Virus record (IMG/VR): IMGVR_UViG_3300047470_000395
Location: 1-64,000 of that record
From: a virus
Direction: 5' to 3' (one strand)
DNA length: 64,000 nt
Position 1 is the first letter of the stretch. Each line of letters opens with the position of its first letter. Both the position numbers and the translations under genes were made by a program. Positions 18,187-27,531 of this stretch are shown piece after piece. Under the pieces are notes generated by a model that made no database searches, was not told the DNA's origin, and saw only the letters and a list, made by a program, of their open reading frames with translations.

Positions 18187-18518
18187 ACTACGACGACGAC
18201 CTCGAGGACCGCATGGCGGCCGAGCACCAGAACCGGCAGCGGCAGACGGCTGACCTGGACTACATCCGCCGTTACTACGGGCTCGAGCGGCGCCACGGGA
18301 TCCGTGTGGCGATCGGCGGCCGGATCCGGAACAGCGGGCAGGAGGGGCAGATCGTCGACACGTCCGGCCACTACCTGATGGTGCAGTTCGACGGTGACGA
18401 GCAGCCGGTGCGCCGTCACGTCACCTCGAACATGGAGTACGCCACGGCGTCCGGATGGGTCGCGGCTACGCCCGTCCCCGACCCGTACGCCGCGGCGTCG
18501 GCCGGGGCCGCGCAGTGA
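18183..18518 (+). CDS. Hypothetical phage protein (SH3-like)
   Basis: YIRRYYG...IGGRI...G.IV...HYLMVQFDG motif. Confidence 0.55.
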   Translation: MNYDDDLEDRMAAEHQNRQRQTADLDYIRRYYGLERRHGIRVAIGGRIRNSGQEGQIVDTSGHYLMVQFDGDEQPVRRHVTSNMEYATASGWVAATPVPDPYAAASAGAAQ

Positions 18519-19033
18519 CCGCCGTCGACGAGCAGATCGCGCTCGCCTTCTACGAGTTCATCCAGGCCCGACACGCCGACGAGCTGCGCGAGCAGTACCC
18601 GACGGCGGACAGCACCCCGGCCGTGGAGACGTACCGGGAGCAGTACCGCGAGGCGCAGACGGAGCACCAGGCCCTCGTCGACGCGCTGCACCGCGGCGAC
18701 CAGGAGCAGGCCGCAGACTGCCTCTGGGGGCTGCGCAACCAGGCGTCCAAGTGGAAGGCGCACCCCGACTACCCCGAGCCGATTTCCGACGGCACCATGC
18801 CCTGCCCCGTGCCGGCCCCCGAGACCGGGCACCCCTGCACGAAGCGGATCCCGAAGGGTTGGGCCGCGGCGGAAGGGCACGGCGGCGGCCACTTCTGGCA
18901 GTCCCCCCGGGCGGCCGAGCTCGAGGCCCTCGGCGCGCACTACGACGCGGGAACTCTCCTGTCCGGCCAGCCCACGCCGTGGCACCTGCCCAAGGACTGC
19001 ACCCCCGACTGCTGGAAGTGGAGCGACCGATGA
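18515..19033 (+). CDS. Hypothetical protein with DUF6221-like N-terminus
   Basis: FIQARHADE...WKAHPDY. Confidence 0.5.
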   Translation: MTAVDEQIALAFYEFIQARHADELREQYPTADSTPAVETYREQYREAQTEHQALVDALHRGDQEQAADCLWGLRNQASKWKAHPDYPEPISDGTMPCPVPAPETGHPCTKRIPKGWAAAEGHGGGHFWQSPRAAELEALGAHYDAGTLLSGQPTPWHLPKDCTPDCWKWSDR

Positions 19034-19082
19034 TGGTGGAACGGCGCGGCCAGACCATCGCCGAGGTACGGGAGCCGACGGC

Positions 19083-20228
19083 GTGAGCGCCCACGACGAC
19101 GTCGTCGATGCCGAGATTGTCGACGCGGAGCTCGTCGAGGACGGCGTCCTGGCGCTCGTCGACGACAGGGCGCCGGTCGTCGACTTCAACACGGTTCTGT
19201 ACCCCGGGCAGGAGCTGCCCACCGCGGCGGACGCCCCGAAGTACAGCAAGCGGGACCTGGACGTCAGCGCGGAGACGCAGGCCCTTCTCGAGGACACGGA
19301 CCCGACCGACACGGGGCCCATGCGGGCCTTCAAGGACTGGTGCGCTGAGAACGGCCGCGTCGCGATCCCGTGCACGACGGCCACGTACACCGAGTACAGC
19401 CGGCACCTGATGGCCCGCGGCCTGAAGGTCTCGACGATCAAGAACTACATGTCCCTGATCAAGACGGCGATGCCGCCGGGGAAGAAGCCCGATAACAGCC
19501 TCTACCTGCGGCTGTTGGGCAACTACCGGCAGAACAACAAGCGGGCGCTGCGCACCCGTCGGTCGTTCCCGATCCGGCTGCCGTACCTGATCCCGATGAT
19601 GGAGAAGGCGGAGGCGGACAACCGGCCGATCGGCTGGCGCGACTCGGCGATGTTCGCCTTCGGGTACCGCTTCCTGGGCCGGAGCGTCGAGGACGCGAAC
19701 CTCGAGATCGAGGACCTGACGTTCATCAACGGCGGCCTGCGGGTCTGGCTCCCCGAGGACAAGACGCACGACGAGGAGCAGAACCTCGTGCTGATGGACC
19801 GGCCGGACCTCCAGCTCGTCCCACGGCTCACCCGCTGGCTCGACTACATGGCCGACCAGGGCATCACGTCAGGGCCCGTCTTCCGGCACGTCCTCAAGAA
19901 CGGCATGGTGGCCACCGAGGCGACCCGGAGCAAGACGGCCACCAGCCGCGGCCTGCACCTGCGGGGGCAGACCGTGAACGAGCGGGTGAAGTTCTGGTTC
20001 GATGCGGCCGGACTGGTCACGGACGGCCGACACGTTTCCTCCCAGGGCATCCGCGCGGGCGCTGCGACCGACCTGGCGCAGAACAAAGCCACGGACGACG
20101 AGTTGGAGCGGGCCGGCCGGTGGCGTCCGGGCTCCCGCGTCCCGCGCGAGGTGTACGTGCGTCCCGCGCAGGCGGAGAGGAACGACCCGTTCGTCAGGGT
20201 CCCCGTGCACAATCCGGCAGCGGCGTGA
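19083..20228 (+). CDS. Cre-like tyrosine recombinase/integrase
   Basis: RDSAMF...GRSVED (R), EDKT (K), SQGIRAGAAT (H/QxxR), GRW (W), EVYVR (Y); SAM-like N-terminal domain. Confidence 0.8.
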   Translation: MSAHDDVVDAEIVDAELVEDGVLALVDDRAPVVDFNTVLYPGQELPTAADAPKYSKRDLDVSAETQALLEDTDPTDTGPMRAFKDWCAENGRVAIPCTTATYTEYSRHLMARGLKVSTIKNYMSLIKTAMPPGKKPDNSLYLRLLGNYRQNNKRALRTRRSFPIRLPYLIPMMEKAEADNRPIGWRDSAMFAFGYRFLGRSVEDANLEIEDLTFINGGLRVWLPEDKTHDEEQNLVLMDRPDLQLVPRLTRWLDYMADQGITSGPVFRHVLKNGMVATEATRSKTATSRGLHLRGQTVNERVKFWFDAAGLVTDGRHVSSQGIRAGAATDLAQNKATDDELERAGRWRPGSRVPREVYVRPAQAERNDPFVRVPVHNPAAA

Positions 20229-20326
20229 GAACTTGCGTGCAAGCGGCGCGGTTCTCGAACAAGCGCACCAGAGCGTGCCTACACTGTGCTACGCCCCCTC
20301 GCCCTCCGGCGCTGGGTAGAACGACG

Positions 20327-20365
20327 ATGGCGGCCCCCCTCAATGTCTCTGAGGGGGGCCGCCAT
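20327..20365. terminator. Bidirectional terminator
   Basis: 16-bp perfect inverted repeat ATGGCGGCCCCCCTCA...TGAGGGGGGCCGCCAT between convergent genes. Confidence 0.75.
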
Positions 20366-20384
20366 GCTTATGTGGCGCGCCTGG

Positions 20385-20627
20385 TCAGGCGCGCGGGTCG
20401 ATGGTGATCTCGCCGTTGCCGACGCTCGTCACGAAGGCGCTCCAGGAGCTCCGCGGGAAGATCAGCGCGGGGCCCTGCTTGTCCTTCGAGTCGCGCACTC
20501 CGATCTCCACGGGGAGCTCGGCGGCCTCGATGCAGTTGTTGCCGGTGCCGTCGCTGTAAGAGGACTTGTACCAAGCCGATTCCGGTGCGATGGCGGTGGA
20601 AGGCTGGTGGGTTCGGTGAGTGTTGAT
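20385..20627 (-). CDS. DUF397 domain protein
   Basis: WYKSSYSDGTGNNCIEAA...VRDSK...W.AFV; no canonical start codon nearby, so the start is uncertain. Confidence 0.8.
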   Translation of the reverse strand: MNTHRTHQPSTAIAPESAWYKSSYSDGTGNNCIEAAELPVEIGVRDSKDKQGPALIFPRSSWSAFVTSVGNGEITIDPRA

Positions 20628-20634
20628 GGCTCCG

Positions 20635-21624
20635 CTACTTTCCGGTGAGTTCTTCCAGGAATTCGATGGTCTCCTCGAGGCCGAGCGCGGCCCCGACCAT
20701 CGCGTTGAACCGGCGTGTGAACCGGTCGACTTCGCGGGGCTTGTCCGACGTGGACACCGCCCCCCACGCATTGTCGGTCTGGACACGAGACGGCAGCTCT
20801 CCGAGGTCCAGGATCGTGAAGTCGTTGCTGGCCCGATAGCCGCGCTTGTACGTCAGGACCTGGACTGAAATGTGGTCCTGCCGGGCCAGCTTGATGACCT
20901 CGCGATACTGCTCTCGCATGATGCTGTCGTCCCCGACGGGGATGCGCAGCGCCGCCTCTCCGAGGATGACACGAAGCCGTACGTCCTCGCGCTCGAGAAC
21001 TCTCCGCTTGCGCTCCATCCGCAGGTCCACGTTGCGCTGTATGAACTCGCTGGTGGTGTCCTCGACGGGGCGCTGCACCTCAAATAGGGCCCGCGCGTAG
21101 TCCTCGGTCTGCAGGAGGCCGTACACGACGGTGGGGTGGTACGCGAGGATCTCCGTAGCCTCGGCTTCCAGGCCGACGAAGTGCGGCATGCCCGCTGGCA
21201 TGAAGCCTCGGTACTGGGTGAGCCAATCGTCGTTCGGCGCCTCGCGGTTCAACTCGACCAGTTGCTCGATCAGTTCGTCATCGTCGACGGCGTACCGCTT
21301 CAACAGCGTGCGCAGGTCCCCGACGTTGCGCCGGAAATTGAGCTCGCCGTTCTCGACCCGAGCGAGGGATGCCTCGGACAGTGCCTTGAGGCCACGGACG
21401 GCCGCCTTGCGGGTCATCCCGCGCGCCCTGCCGTCCTCGATGGGCGGACAGTTTTCGCGCAACTGTCTGAGTTGGATGCCGAGCTCCAAGCGCCGCCCGG
21501 TTGCCCCTCGCTTCGCCGCCACCTGTGCACCACCCCCATGCGTTTGCGCTGGTTGAGTATGACCCTGCGCAGAGTCTGACATCCGCTGAGCGCTCACCGC
21601 AGCCCCTTGTGCAGGTTCTGGCAT
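20635..21624 (-). CDS. XRE HTH regulator with DUF5753 domain (Scr1-type)
   Basis: LGIQLRQLRE, LARVENG, GLLQTEDYARA, ILGEAALR; real start may be GTG 21522. Confidence 0.88.
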   Translation of the reverse strand: MPEPAQGAAVSAQRMSDSAQGHTQPAQTHGGGAQVAAKRGATGRRLELGIQLRQLRENCPPIEDGRARGMTRKAAVRGLKALSEASLARVENGELNFRRNVGDLRTLLKRYAVDDDELIEQLVELNREAPNDDWLTQYRGFMPAGMPHFVGLEAEATEILAYHPTVVYGLLQTEDYARALFEVQRPVEDTTSEFIQRNVDLRMERKRRVLEREDVRLRVILGEAALRIPVGDDSIMREQYREVIKLARQDHISVQVLTYKRGYRASNDFTILDLGELPSRVQTDNAWGAVSTSDKPREVDRFTRRFNAMVGAALGLEETIEFLEELTGK

Positions 21625-21806
21625 AGTCCATTTACGCCTCCGCTGAATTTTCAGAGGCGATCCAGTTGCTTACCAATGCGTCCTACCGCCACGGTAGTTG
21701 AGCCAACGCAAGCCGTGACAGGCAAGTGGAGAAATTTCGCATTCCAGTGCGAGCCGTACTCCGCCCTGCCACACCGCCACGCACTGGACGCCCCGGAGGT
21801 CTCGGC

Positions 21807-22700
21807 ATGACACCTGCGTTCCTGACGCAGCGGGACGGTATCCGGTCGGCCCTCGAACTCTCCATCGAGCGGCACCCCGACCCCGATACCGAAGGCCTCT
21901 CCGAGACGGACGCCGCCTGGCCGGAGCGTCTCCGCCGAATCGTTCGCGCGGGCCTGACGTACTGGCGCCGGACTGACCTGATCGACACCGCGGCACTCCT
22001 GCTGACCGAACTCGCGACCAACGCCCTTCGGCACGGCAAAGGGAGCGACATCAGCGTCCGCGTCTTCTTTCGTGACGACCGCCTGGTGATCGAGGTAGAC
22101 GACGGCTGCCCCACCCGCCCCGAACTGCGCCACCCCAAGCTCGACGACGAGGGCGGCCGCGGCCTCCTCCTCGTCGAGGCCATGGCCGCGGAGTGGGGCG
22201 TCAGCCCAGATGGCACCACCACCTGGTGCACCCTCCCCCTGACCAAAGGACCCGAAGAGATGCAACCCGCCGCGGCGACCGCTCCGGTCCTGCGCGAGGT
22301 CCCCATTGATCTCCCCGCCAATGCCAGCGCCGCAGGGTTAGCCCGTATTCAGGCGCGAACCTTGCTCACCGTGTTGAGCTGGCCCGGGAATCAGCACCTC
22401 GCGACTGACGTCCTGCACGTCCTCGTCGACAACGCTGTAGAGCACGCCCTCACGCCCGGCAGGACCGGGCAGCGGCTGAGTGCCTGCCTCAGCGTCACGG
22501 AAGCCCACGAGCTGCTCGTCGACGTCACGGACCCCGTCCCGCAGTTCCCCGAGTTCGACAAGGCTGTCGCTGGCGAATCGGGGCGCGGCCTCTGGAAGAT
22601 CGCGCGACAGGGGGCGGCCCTCTCCTGGTTCGTCGTCGGCTCCGACTTCGACTCCAAGACCGTGCGGGCCGTCCTGCGCCCCGGGCCGGTGAAACCGTGA
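21807..22700 (+). CDS. Tandem HATPase_c (anti-sigma-like ATP-binding) protein
   Basis: ELATNALRH...EVDD...GGRGLLLV and LVDNAVEH...DVTD...SGRGL; in-frame TTA codon at 22338. Confidence 0.8.
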   Translation: MTPAFLTQRDGIRSALELSIERHPDPDTEGLSETDAAWPERLRRIVRAGLTYWRRTDLIDTAALLLTELATNALRHGKGSDISVRVFFRDDRLVIEVDDGCPTRPELRHPKLDDEGGRGLLLVEAMAAEWGVSPDGTTTWCTLPLTKGPEEMQPAAATAPVLREVPIDLPANASAAGLARIQARTLLTVLSWPGNQHLATDVLHVLVDNAVEHALTPGRTGQRLSACLSVTEAHELLVDVTDPVPQFPEFDKAVAGESGRGLWKIARQGAALSWFVVGSDFDSKTVRAVLRPGPVKP

Positions 22701-23236
22701 CCGCCCCGGCCGAGGCGCCGCCGACCGGCGCCGACATGATGCAGCACCTGGTCGAGTCCTCCGGTTCCGCCCGGCAGCCGGCCGCCGACATGGCCGACCT
22801 CGCCGAGGTGATCCGCACCCTCCTGGCCGTCGAGGCGCGCCGCGACACGCGCATACGGCTGGGCGGCAACCTCTTCGACGTCGTCATCACGAGCTCCGGC
22901 CTCCAAGCCCGCGGCGCCGTCACCCTCATGGACGAGATCCAGGGCGGATGCGGGCCCGTGATCGAGGACCCCGAGAACGGTTGGTTCTACTGGCTCGTCC
23001 CGCCCGGCTCCGCGGATCGGTGGGCGCCCCACCCCCACGCCGTGTGCCTCGGGTCGCCCCACACGATCACGCTGCCGTCTCTGAACCGGACCGTGCCGCC
23101 GGGGCCGTACTGGTTCCGGCCGTCGGCGAGCGACCGTCTCGTCCCGGTGGGACCCCTCCGTGAGGCCCTGGCGCAGATCCGGCCCGAGCCGACCCCGCAC
23201 GCGGCTCTCGCGGCCCAGCTCGGCATCGCCACCTGA
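22697..23236 (+). CDS. Conserved Streptomyces hypothetical protein of XRE/DUF397 loci
   Basis: GPVIED...YWLVPPG...W motif. Confidence 0.6.
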   Translation: MTAPAEAPPTGADMMQHLVESSGSARQPAADMADLAEVIRTLLAVEARRDTRIRLGGNLFDVVITSSGLQARGAVTLMDEIQGGCGPVIEDPENGWFYWLVPPGSADRWAPHPHAVCLGSPHTITLPSLNRTVPPGPYWFRPSASDRLVPVGPLREALAQIRPEPTPHAALAAQLGIAT

Positions 23237-23489
23237 GACTCCGCGCTCGTCGATTGCGTGACGGTCGTCGACGAGCACGGTCAGACCCTGCGGCCGGGGA
23301 GGATCCGGCCCCGGCCGCAGGCCCCATCTGGAAACGAGCACTCATGACGAAGCTGCTTCTCCTCACGGCCGTTGGGCTGGTCGGCGTTGCTCTCCTGCAG
23401 CCCGCCCGGACCGACCGCAGGCCGGCGCCTATAGCGCGCCTGCAGGAAGAGGAGAACCGACTCTTCGCCGAGCTGTGCAGGAGGTCGCT

Positions 23490-23987
23490 ATGAGGCTGCA
23501 GCCCGTCCCGGCCGACGAGCTCGATGAGCCGTGGCTGTGGTGGAAGCCCGCGGAGCCCCGCTTTCGGATGACCGCGGACGCGAGGCTGAGCGCCCTGCGC
23601 CGCAGTGTCTTCGGGGACGCCATGGCTGGGGTGAAGCCCGGCCGCCCCATCAGGGTGACGACGTATGTCTTCGCGGCTCCTGGTGTGGACGTCGACGCCA
23701 CGCATGCCCTGCTGGGGCGGCACGCGCGTGACCGTGGGTGGGCCGTTCACCGGGAACGGTTCACGGATGAGCCCCCGGGCGGTCCGCTCCCCATCCGCCC
23801 CCAGTTCAACATCGCGTGCCGTCGCGCCGGATCCGGCTTCGTCGACGGCGTGCTCACGACCGACCGGGGCGCGATGCCCAGCACTGACGAGGCGTACGAG
23901 GCGTATCTGCGCTGGCTGCACCGACACACCGTCTTCGTCGCCTTCATGCAGCCAACTACCGGGGGAACAGAGTGGACAGATCAGTAG
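23490..23987 (+). CDS. Degenerate serine-recombinase catalytic-domain-like protein
   Basis: GWAV...FTD...RPQF......GFVDGVL resembles a resolvase N-domain; GGAGG RBS. Confidence 0.45.
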   Translation: MRLQPVPADELDEPWLWWKPAEPRFRMTADARLSALRRSVFGDAMAGVKPGRPIRVTTYVFAAPGVDVDATHALLGRHARDRGWAVHRERFTDEPPGGPLPIRPQFNIACRRAGSGFVDGVLTTDRGAMPSTDEAYEAYLRWLHRHTVFVAFMQPTTGGTEWTDQ

Positions 23988-24580
23988 CGCCCTACGTGAC
24001 GTCGTGGTCGGGGGAGAACATGACGCCCGCCGCGGTGACCGTCACCGCGGCCGGAGTCGCGTATGCCGACCCGGTCCAGGACGCTCTCGCGCGCGATCTG
24101 GACGGCGCGCTGTGGACGCTGTGCCACGGCCAGGCGAGCGGCAAGCCCGAGTACGCGGCCAAGCTCCACCCCGAGCGGCAGAAGGCCGCGATGGACGGTC
24201 TGCTCTGCGCGGGCTGCAGGAAGCCGGCCGCCCGGGACGAGCGCGGGATGCTGTGGGTCCTCCCCCTCCTCGACGACGCCGTTGTAGCGAGCTGGGAGGG
24301 CGTACGCGCTGGCATCCCGCCCATGTGCGAGGAGTGCGCCGAGCGGGCGCCGCGCCTGTGCCCGGTATTGCGCGAGGGCCATGTGAAGCTCCGCGTCCTC
24401 GAGGCCGAACCGATAGGCGTACGCGGGACGCTCTACCCCCGGCCCGGCGAGGCTGGTGCCCCGCAGGAGGACGCCCTGGTCCTCTACGACCACCCCGATC
24501 TCCCGTTCGTCGTCGCCTGCGAAGCCGTGCGCGAGCTCCGACGGACCACCGTGGTCGCCTTCGCCGCGGCCATCCCATGA
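23972..24580 (+). CDS. Hypothetical Cys/His-rich protein
   Basis: PYVTSWSGE, LHPERQKAAM..LLCAGC, PPMCEECA...CP. Confidence 0.6.
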   Translation: MDRSVAPYVTSWSGENMTPAAVTVTAAGVAYADPVQDALARDLDGALWTLCHGQASGKPEYAAKLHPERQKAAMDGLLCAGCRKPAARDERGMLWVLPLLDDAVVASWEGVRAGIPPMCEECAERAPRLCPVLREGHVKLRVLEAEPIGVRGTLYPRPGEAGAPQEDALVLYDHPDLPFVVACEAVRELRRTTVVAFAAAIP

Positions 24581-24816
24581 CCCCTGTCCGGTGGCCCGGT
24601 GCCGTACGGCCTGGGCCATCGGACAGGCAGCAACTCCGCCCGTCGAAAACGGCATCGGCGCGGGCGGAAGGCGGCGCCGGGGTCACGTCCCCTCGCAGAT
24701 CCCGGCGCCTGCCAACAAGACCCCCGGCGCGGGCAGTGCCCGAAATCCGTCTCCCTGCAAGGTCCGCGCCGGGCCCCGCACCACTTCCGGATCGAACAAC
24801 CAGGAGGACAGAGGAC

Positions 24817-25812
24817 ATGACCGACCTCGGAATCCCGACCGTTCCCCAGCAGCAGCACAGGGAGATCGGCGGAGGCGTGGGCTACGCGTTCAGCGGACAG
24901 CACTTCACGATCGACCCGGGCGCGGACCTCGAGCAGGTCGCCGCGACGCTCCAGCACCCGCTCTCGGTGATCCTCCAGGTCACCAAGCGCTGCAACATGG
25001 ACTGTGGGTTCTGCTCCGAGACCCTGCAGATGCCGGACCCCTCCCTCGAGCAGCTCGCCGCCATCCAGCGGAACCTCGAGGGCGTGAACCGCGTGTTCCT
25101 CTCCGGCGGGGAGCCGCTGTTCCGCAAGGACTTCGGCGACATCGTCGACATCTACCACGACGGTGGGCACATCGTGGCCGTGCCCACGAACGCCGTGTAC
25201 GCCGAGCTCCACGCCTCCCGCATGGCTGGCAAGGTCGCGTACGCCAACGTCGGACTCGAGGGCCCGCGTGCGGTCACCACCCGCATGCGCGGCGACTACG
25301 ACGCCATCATGGCCGGCGTGCGGGTCTTCCAGGAGCACGGCATCCCGCTCGCCATGTCGGCCGTCGTCTACCGCTCGAGCCTGACCGCTCTCCCGTTCAC
25401 CGCCCAGATCGGCGACGTCATCGGCGCCAGCAAGGTGAAGCTGATCCTGCCCCTGCGTAAGGGCAACGCGCTGGGACTGCCGGAGCAGGAGTTCATCACC
25501 CAGGACGAGGCCCTGGCCGCGTTCTCGCGACTCGAGGAGAAGGCCGCGGAACTGCAGTGGTCGCCCGCGCTGCGGATGACGACGTGGACCCCCGAGAACG
25601 AGGGCCACATGATCGTCATCGAGCCGAACGGCACCGCACGCGCGTGGCCCGTGTACGACGCGAAGGACCTGTGGGAGGACCTGGGCAACGTTTTCGAGGA
25701 GCCGATCACCGAAATCTGGAAGCGGTACCGCTTCAAGGTGCAGCACCTGTCCAAGTACGTCGGGAAGTCGATCCACACCACCGTCCAGGGCGCGCTCACC
25801 GGGAAGAAGTGA
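24817..25812 (+). CDS. Radical SAM enzyme
   Basis: CNMDCGFC (CxxxCxxC), SGGEP, TN motifs; Cys-less SPASM/twitch-like C-terminus; GAGGA RBS. Confidence 0.9.
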   Translation: MTDLGIPTVPQQQHREIGGGVGYAFSGQHFTIDPGADLEQVAATLQHPLSVILQVTKRCNMDCGFCSETLQMPDPSLEQLAAIQRNLEGVNRVFLSGGEPLFRKDFGDIVDIYHDGGHIVAVPTNAVYAELHASRMAGKVAYANVGLEGPRAVTTRMRGDYDAIMAGVRVFQEHGIPLAMSAVVYRSSLTALPFTAQIGDVIGASKVKLILPLRKGNALGLPEQEFITQDEALAAFSRLEEKAAELQWSPALRMTTWTPENEGHMIVIEPNGTARAWPVYDAKDLWEDLGNVFEEPITEIWKRYRFKVQHLSKYVGKSIHTTVQGALTGKK

Positions 25813-25814
25813 CC

Positions 25815-26612
25815 ATGAGGTCCTACACCAACCTCCTGCGCCCGGACACCCCGTTCGGGTCCGTCACCGACCCGTGGCGACGGCCGACGAAGTGGCTCGC
25901 CGCAATGTCGCTGCTGTGGGGCGATGCCGGCGGAGACGAGCCGCCCGTCATCATGGCGGCCGGCCTCGTGGTGATGTCCGTGCACCGCACCCGGCCCCGC
26001 ACGGTCTCCGCGCCGCTGGCCCAGTTCGGGTACCGCGTCGTCGTTCCGGAGTCGATCGGCGAGAACGACCAGATCATCAAGGTCGTCGACGATGCCCTTG
26101 TGCAGGGGCGCCGAGAGGCGGAGGTGATCGCCTGGCACAACGCGGCCGACGACCTGCACGTCCTGCAGCAGCTCCCCCGCCCCGAGGGGGCGCCCCGGTA
26201 CGCGGGCATCACTGCCGTGGCCGAGGCCTGGGGCGACCGTGCCGTGCACGAACGATCGACCGCCCACTGTGTGGACTCGGGCCATGACTTGGGCCCCGCA
26301 GCCGGGCACGTCAGCGCCACGGCCCTCGCGCACGACCTGGAGCCGATGAAGGAGTTCGCCGGCCCCGATCAGCAGCAGGGAGCGCAACTCGCCTGCGAGG
26401 CCCTTGCCGAGAACCGGCTCGGGGATTACTCCCCCGACGTCCTCGCGGCGAGCGTCCTGACCTCCGCCGTTACAACCGCGCTCCTCGGCGGCAAGCACGC
26501 CGAGCGGCTGGTGTGGCGGGAGCCGCTGAGCATCACCGAGTTCGTCGGGGCCGTCGCCTGGGAGGTGGCGCCTCCCCTGTTCTCTGGCGTGGCGCCGTCC
26601 CTCAGCGAGTAG
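25815..26612 (+). CDS. DnaQ/RNase H-like exonuclease-fold protein (likely degenerate)
   Basis: IAWHNAADDL resembles ExoII (AHNxxFD), CVDS resembles IDT; ExoI acidic pair is not evident. Confidence 0.4.
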   Translation: MRSYTNLLRPDTPFGSVTDPWRRPTKWLAAMSLLWGDAGGDEPPVIMAAGLVVMSVHRTRPRTVSAPLAQFGYRVVVPESIGENDQIIKVVDDALVQGRREAEVIAWHNAADDLHVLQQLPRPEGAPRYAGITAVAEAWGDRAVHERSTAHCVDSGHDLGPAAGHVSATALAHDLEPMKEFAGPDQQQGAQLACEALAENRLGDYSPDVLAASVLTSAVTTALLGGKHAERLVWREPLSITEFVGAVAWEVAPPLFSGVAPSLSE

Positions 26613-26670
26613 CGTCCGGCGGGGCCGCGCGCACCCGGCGCGGCCCCGTCCTACGGCAGGAACACACCAC

Positions 26671-27531
26671 ATGATCATCAAGAGCAGCTTGCCCACCGCA
26701 CGCTCCCTGCAGCCGCCGCCGCTGCGCACGGGAGTCGTGCGGATCGCGTCCATCGACGTGGAGTGGACGAAGAACTATCGGATCAAGAACGGGCAACGCC
26801 CGTTCTGCTACAGCGTCGCGTGGCTCGACCTGCCCGCCGACCGCACGCCGGACCTGGCGGACATGCCGTTCGAGTGGACGAGCGTGTACGTCGAGGAGCC
26901 CGGCGAGATGGACGAGCTCATCCGCAACGCCGCGGCGACCGTGGCCGCGGCCGCGGAGACGTCCACGATCATCACCGGGCACCAGTTCTGCAGCGACCTG
27001 GCCGTCCTGGAGGCGAACGCCCCCACGGACGCCGCCCCTCGCCTGCAGGAAGCCCGTACGCGGTGGAAGGGCAGGCGCGACGCCAACCCGGACGAGAGCC
27101 ACTACGTCGACACCCGGTTCGACGCCGGCCACCTCCTCACGGGGAAGTCGCGCCGCCTGGTCGACGTGTGCAACGAGCTCGGTCTCGACGTCACCCAGCC
27201 GGAACTCCTCAAGGTGACCATGCCCGCCTGGCACCGCCGGTGGGTCGAGGAGGGCCAGGAGGAGGGCCGGGAGCGCGTCAGCGTCCTGAACCTCCGCCAC
27301 TCCCTCTCTACCGCCTACGTCGCCGCCCACGCGGCCGGACTCGGCCGGTGGGCCGACGAGGGCCTGAACGTGAACCGCCTCATCGCCGAGGGCGCAAAAG
27401 GCGCCTGGGGCTGGCTCGAGAACCCCATCTTCACCGACCTCGTGGAGGACAAGTGCCCATCCGAGAGTGCCGCGTTATCGCCGTCGAAGGCACCCAGGCC
27501 GCAGGGAAAACGACGTTCGTCCACGCGCTGA
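26671..27531 (+). CDS. DnaQ-like 3'-5' exonuclease-fold protein
   Basis: SIDVEW (ExoI DxE), ITGHQFCSDL (ExoII), YVDT, RLVDVCNELGL. Confidence 0.55.
   Translation: MIIKSSLPTARSLQPPPLRTGVVRIASIDVEWTKNYRIKNGQRPFCYSVAWLDLPADRTPDLADMPFEWTSVYVEEPGEMDELIRNAAATVAAAAETSTIITGHQFCSDLAVLEANAPTDAAPRLQEARTRWKGRRDANPDESHYVDTRFDAGHLLTGKSRRLVDVCNELGLDVTQPELLKVTMPAWHRRWVEEGQEEGRERVSVLNLRHSLSTAYVAAHAAGLGRWADEGLNVNRLIAEGAKGAWGWLENPIFTDLVEDKCPSESAALSPSKAPRPQGKRRSSTR

Noticed and set aside
20229-20384. Possible att site or tRNA next to the recombinase
   Set aside because: Only a terminator hairpin is visible; no cloverleaf or duplicated core found
23665-25812. 715-aa ORF as a long radical SAM fusion
   Set aside because: The N-terminal part is Arg/Pro-rich frame noise overlapping real genes; RBS supports ATG 24817
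24817-25812. Calling the radical SAM a viperin, QueE or RiPP maturase outright
   Set aside because: Diagnostic residues cannot be confirmed by eye; no queCD/folE genes, no SPASM cysteines and no obvious precursor peptide
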